NCBI GenBank assembly: GCA_020148045.1 | Contig: JAHCRG010000006.1 | Location: 9,909 to 73,908 of the forward strand | Origin: Patescibacteria group bacterium | GTDB lineage: Bacteria > Patescibacteriota > Minisyncoccia > Minisyncoccales > GWA2-38-27 | DNA: 64,000 bases | Reading direction: 5' to 3' | In this document: piece by piece, positions 61,107 through 64,000 of the stretch | Layout: every line of letters starts with the position of its first letter | Position numbering within the stretch: position 1 is the stretch's first letter | Position numbers and translations under genes: made by a program | Notes under the pieces: generated by a model | What the model was told of the DNA's origin: nothing | What the model saw: only the letters and a program-made list of their open reading frames with translations | Database searches by the model: none

Positions 61107-62402
61107 ATGTGGTATCACAAAATCATCCAAGTTTTCAAAATACGTGATTTACGCAAAAAGATTATTTTTGTCTTGCTAATTTTCGTTGTTTTTAGATTGA
61201 TGGCAAACATTCCAATGCCGGGAATTGACGCTGATAATTTACAGAAATTTTTTGAACGATTTAAAATGATGGGTTTTTTAAGTATTCTTACCGGTGGAGC
61301 TCTGAGCAGATTTTCTATTATTATGTTGGGATTGGGCCCTTATATTACCTCAGTCATCATTCTCCAACTTTTAACAATGATTTTTCCTCAATTGGAGAGA
61401 ATGTACAAAGAAGAGGGAGAAGCTGGACGTCAGAAATTTAACCAATATGGAAGATTACTAACTATTCCCTTAGCTATGCTTCAGGGGTATGCAATGCTGA
61501 GCTGGTTACAGCGGCCGCCAGATGCAGTAATTTCTCCTCCTCTTACTCCCTTTCAAACTTTAACTTCAATTTTAACTATTACTGCCGGAACTATATTTTT
61601 AATGTGGTTAGGAGAGTTAATTTCAGAAAAAGGGATTGGCAATGGGGTTTCCCTTTTAATTTTTGCTGGAATTATTGCCAGTTTTCCAATGAGCGTTTTC
61701 CAGGCCTATTCCGATATTAGTGTTGACCCAGCTAAAATTCCAAATTATCTATTCTTTGCTGCTATAGCTTTGTTTATTATTGCCGGGGTAATTTTAATTA
61801 CTGAAGGAAGACGCAATATCCCGGTTTCTTATGCCAAAAGAGTTAGGGGAACGAAAATGTACGGAGGAGTTTCTACTTATTTACCTATGAATATTAATCC
61901 GGCTGGAGTAATCCCTATAATTTTTGCTATGTCAATTTTACTTTTCCCTGAAATGATTGCCAATTTTTTTACTGGAACTGGGGGAATGATGGGTAATATC
62001 GCTGGAAGTATAGCTGCTTTTTTGGCAAACCCGTGGGTTCGGGGAATTTTGTATTTTCTATTAGTTATTCTTTTTACCTTTTTTTACACCGCTGTTACCT
62101 TTGACCCAAAAGCGATTTCTACAAATCTTCAGAAAATGGGTGGATTTATTCCAGGAATTAGACCAGGAGGGTCAACTGCTAAATTTATCCATTATATTTT
62201 AAATCGGGTTTTGCTTATTGGAGCTTTATTCTTAGGCACAATCGCGGTAATGCCATCTATTGTTGGAGGAATTACCGGAGTTCAGAATGTTTTTGGTTTT
62301 TTAATAGGAGGAACTTCTGTGTTGATTGTTGTTTCAGTTGTTTTGGAAACAATGAAGCAGATTAATTCTCAGCTTCAAATGCGCGAATATGAAACTTTCT
62401 AA
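61107..62402 (+). CDS. secY: preprotein translocase subunit SecY
   Basis: A 431-aa protein with ten TM helices, the motif GISIIIFAGI-like LLIFAGIIASFP, and the right position. Confidence 0.95.
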   Translation: MWYHKIIQVFKIRDLRKKIIFVLLIFVVFRLMANIPMPGIDADNLQKFFERFKMMGFLSILTGGALSRFSIIMLGLGPYITSVIILQLLTMIFPQLERMYKEEGEAGRQKFNQYGRLLTIPLAMLQGYAMLSWLQRPPDAVISPPLTPFQTLTSILTITAGTIFLMWLGELISEKGIGNGVSLLIFAGIIASFPMSVFQAYSDISVDPAKIPNYLFFAAIALFIIAGVILITEGRRNIPVSYAKRVRGTKMYGGVSTYLPMNINPAGVIPIIFAMSILLFPEMIANFFTGTGGMMGNIAGSIAAFLANPWVRGILYFLLVILFTFFYTAVTFDPKAISTNLQKMGGFIPGIRPGGSTAKFIHYILNRVLLIGALFLGTIAVMPSIVGGITGVQNVFGFLIGGTSVLIVVSVVLETMKQINSQLQMREYETF

Positions 62403-63084
62403 ACAAATTATAATTCTTCTTGGGCCGCCAGGAGCAGGGAAAGGAACCCAGGCTGAACTTTTAGCTGATAAGCTTGATTTTTATTATTTAGAAACAAGCA
62501 AAATTTTAGAACAGAAGTTTAAGGAACCTGATAAAGAATCTATTAATATCAAAGGGAAGAAATACAATGTTTTAAAAGAAAAGAAATTATGGGAAGATGG
62601 GATTCTTTGTAGCCCATCTTTTGTTTCTTATTTGGTCAAAGAAAAAATAAAAGAGCTATTTAAATTGGGTGAAAATTTGGTTTTAGGAGGTTCCCCCAGA
62701 ACTCTTTATGAAGGAAAAGAGGTAACGCCTTTGCTAAAAAAACTTTATGGGCCAGAAAACATTAAAGTATTTTTAATTGAAATAAGCCCAAAAGAAACAA
62801 TTTTTCGAAATTCTCATCGACGGATTTGCGAATTGATACGTCACCCCGTTTTATATAATAAAGAAACTGTAAAACTAACAATGTGTCCTTTGGATGGCTC
62901 GAAGTTAATAAGAAGAAAAGGTTTAGATGACCCCGAAACTATTAAAGTTAGATTGAAAGAATACAAAGAAAGAACATTTCCTTTGATTGAACTTTTTGAA
63001 AAGCAGGGAATAAAGGTTAAAAAGATTAATGGAGAACAATCAGTAGCCAATGTCCACAAAGACATTTTAAAAACAATAAAATAG
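62389..63084 (+). CDS. adk: adenylate kinase
   Basis: The P-loop LLGPPGAGKGTQ is present, and the gene sits after secY. Confidence 0.9.
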   Translation: MKLSKQIIILLGPPGAGKGTQAELLADKLDFYYLETSKILEQKFKEPDKESINIKGKKYNVLKEKKLWEDGILCSPSFVSYLVKEKIKELFKLGENLVLGGSPRTLYEGKEVTPLLKKLYGPENIKVFLIEISPKETIFRNSHRRICELIRHPVLYNKETVKLTMCPLDGSKLIRRKGLDDPETIKVRLKEYKERTFPLIELFEKQGIKVKKINGEQSVANVHKDILKTIK

Positions 63085-63106
63085 AGACCGGGTCTCTACC
63101 TTTTTT
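63082..63106 (+). terminator. intrinsic terminator TAGAGACCGGGTCTCTA (stop codon in stem)
   Basis: Its 17-nt hairpin is identical to the one at 25288-25304. Confidence 0.85.
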
Positions 63107-63108
63107 GA

Positions 63109-63861
63109 ATGATAACTATAAAAACAGAAAAAGAGATTCAGGTGATGAGAGAAGGTGGTAAGATTTTGGCAGAGATTATGGCAGAGCTGGAAAACAAGGT
63201 TGAGCCAGGCATTACCACTAAGCATTTAGACAAGGTCGCAAGCGGCCTTGTTTTAAAATATGGAGCAAAGCCATCTTTTAAAAACTATCAGGGTTTTCCA
63301 GATACTCTTTGTACTTCAGTAAACGAGGAACTTGTCCATTGCCTCCCTTCTAACAGAAAATTACAACAAGGGGATATAGTTTCTCTTGATTTGGGAATCC
63401 GTTATAAAGGTTTTCATACCGATATGGCAATTACAATTCCAGTGGGGAAAATTTCGCCAGAAGCCCAAAGATTAATTAGAATAACAAAGAAAGCTTTAAA
63501 AAGAGGGCTAAGAAAAGTTCGGCCTGGCAATACTTTTGGTGATATTGGCAATACTGTTCAGAGATATGTTGAGGACCAGGGATATAATGTGGTCAGAGAG
63601 CTTTGCGGTCATGGAATTGGAAAAGAAGTTCATCAAGAACCGCAAGTTCCGAATTATGGTAAAAGAAAGTCAGGCCCTAAGCTTGCTGAAGGAATGACTT
63701 TTTGCATAGAACCAATGGTAACAGCAGGAGATTGGCATTTAAAAAAAGCCGAAGATGGCTATGGTTTCCAAACAAGAGACAATTCTCTCTGCGCTCATTT
63801 TGAGCACACCCTCGCTGTCACCCAAAACGGTTGTAAGATTTTAACTGGCAAGGTAAAATAG
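63109..63861 (+). CDS. map: type I methionine aminopeptidase
   Basis: The metal-ligand contexts DIVSLDLG, FHTDMAIT, CGHGIG and FCIEP...EHT are present. Confidence 0.93.
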   Translation: MITIKTEKEIQVMREGGKILAEIMAELENKVEPGITTKHLDKVASGLVLKYGAKPSFKNYQGFPDTLCTSVNEELVHCLPSNRKLQQGDIVSLDLGIRYKGFHTDMAITIPVGKISPEAQRLIRITKKALKRGLRKVRPGNTFGDIGNTVQRYVEDQGYNVVRELCGHGIGKEVHQEPQVPNYGKRKSGPKLAEGMTFCIEPMVTAGDWHLKKAEDGYGFQTRDNSLCAHFEHTLAVTQNGCKILTGKVK

Positions 63862-63865
63862 AATA

Positions 63866-64000
63866 ATGGCTAAAAAATCAAAAAAATTGAGGTTTCCTTC
63901 GGAGTTGAGGATGGATTTGGTTAGTCAGGATTGGGTTGTCATTGCCACAGGCAGGGCAAGGAGGCCGGAAACATTTAGGAAAGAGAAAAGGGCTGCTGAA
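63866..64000 (+). CDS. galactose-1-phosphate uridylyltransferase-like protein, 3' end cut by window edge
   Basis: The N-terminus SELRMDLVSQDWVVIATGRARRPETF fits the GalT (HIT superfamily) start pattern. Only 45 codons are visible. Confidence 0.5.
   Translation, partial: MAKKSKKLRFPSELRMDLVSQDWVVIATGRARRPETFRKEKRAAE

Noticed and set aside
1-64000. An alternative genetic code (UGA recoding, as in some CPR lineages).
   Set aside because: TGA is used as a functional stop at gene ends (for example 3573-3575 and 23219-23221). Conserved proteins such as EF-G, EF-Tu, SecY and PurL are full length under the standard code.

Overview
AT-rich bacterial window. Hand counts of single 60-nt lines gave about 25% GC in the first genes, about 33% in ribosomal genes, 37-47% in the purine genes and about 50% at 6601-6660. 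Gene content points to a small-genome Patescibacteria/CPR-type organism, but this is inference only. The support is the str/S10/spc ribosomal cluster (rpsL to map, 47081-63861) with no L30 gene between rpsE and rplO, many tiny DUF-type proteins and compact gene spacing. Left to right the window holds eight blocks. (1) A very low-GC island (1-5837) holds a PHP/ABC-ATPase fusion, a Zn-ribbon protein, a PD-(D/E)xK-like protein, a HAM1 pyrophosphatase and an SPFH+CPBP pair, punctuated by a repeated 21-nt junction motif. (2) A 1.9-kb module (5838-7746) is bracketed by inverted REP-like palindromes and carries a GC-rich lipoprotein gene. (3) A secreted/surface-protein cluster with an S8 protease spans 7759-12878. 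(4) Housekeeping and small genes span 13042-25290, including a Leu-rich leader peptide with a four-segment attenuator ahead of an orphan LeuA regulatory-domain gene. (5) A higher-GC purine block (purM-like, large purL, purC) spans 25359-31978. (6) A MacAB-like efflux set is followed by two accessory genes flanked by tRNA-3'-end-like repeats (32085-37541). (7) An Rrf2-nifS-nifU, mpg and mnmA block follows. (8) The window ends with tRNA-Pro, L28 and the ribosomal cluster. I saw no rRNA, CRISPR array, transposase, integrase, reverse transcriptase or cas gene. The most interesting signals are the repeat-punctuated nuclease/ATPase island, the Leu attenuator, GC-rich palindromic mini-elements that also sit in frame inside rplW/rplV/rpsC, and several recurrent cis motifs: AAAGGTCGR, -10-box-to-ATG leaderless spacing, and heptamer arrays ahead of fusA/tuf/rplW. 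All functional calls come from motif recognition by eye; no database search was run.
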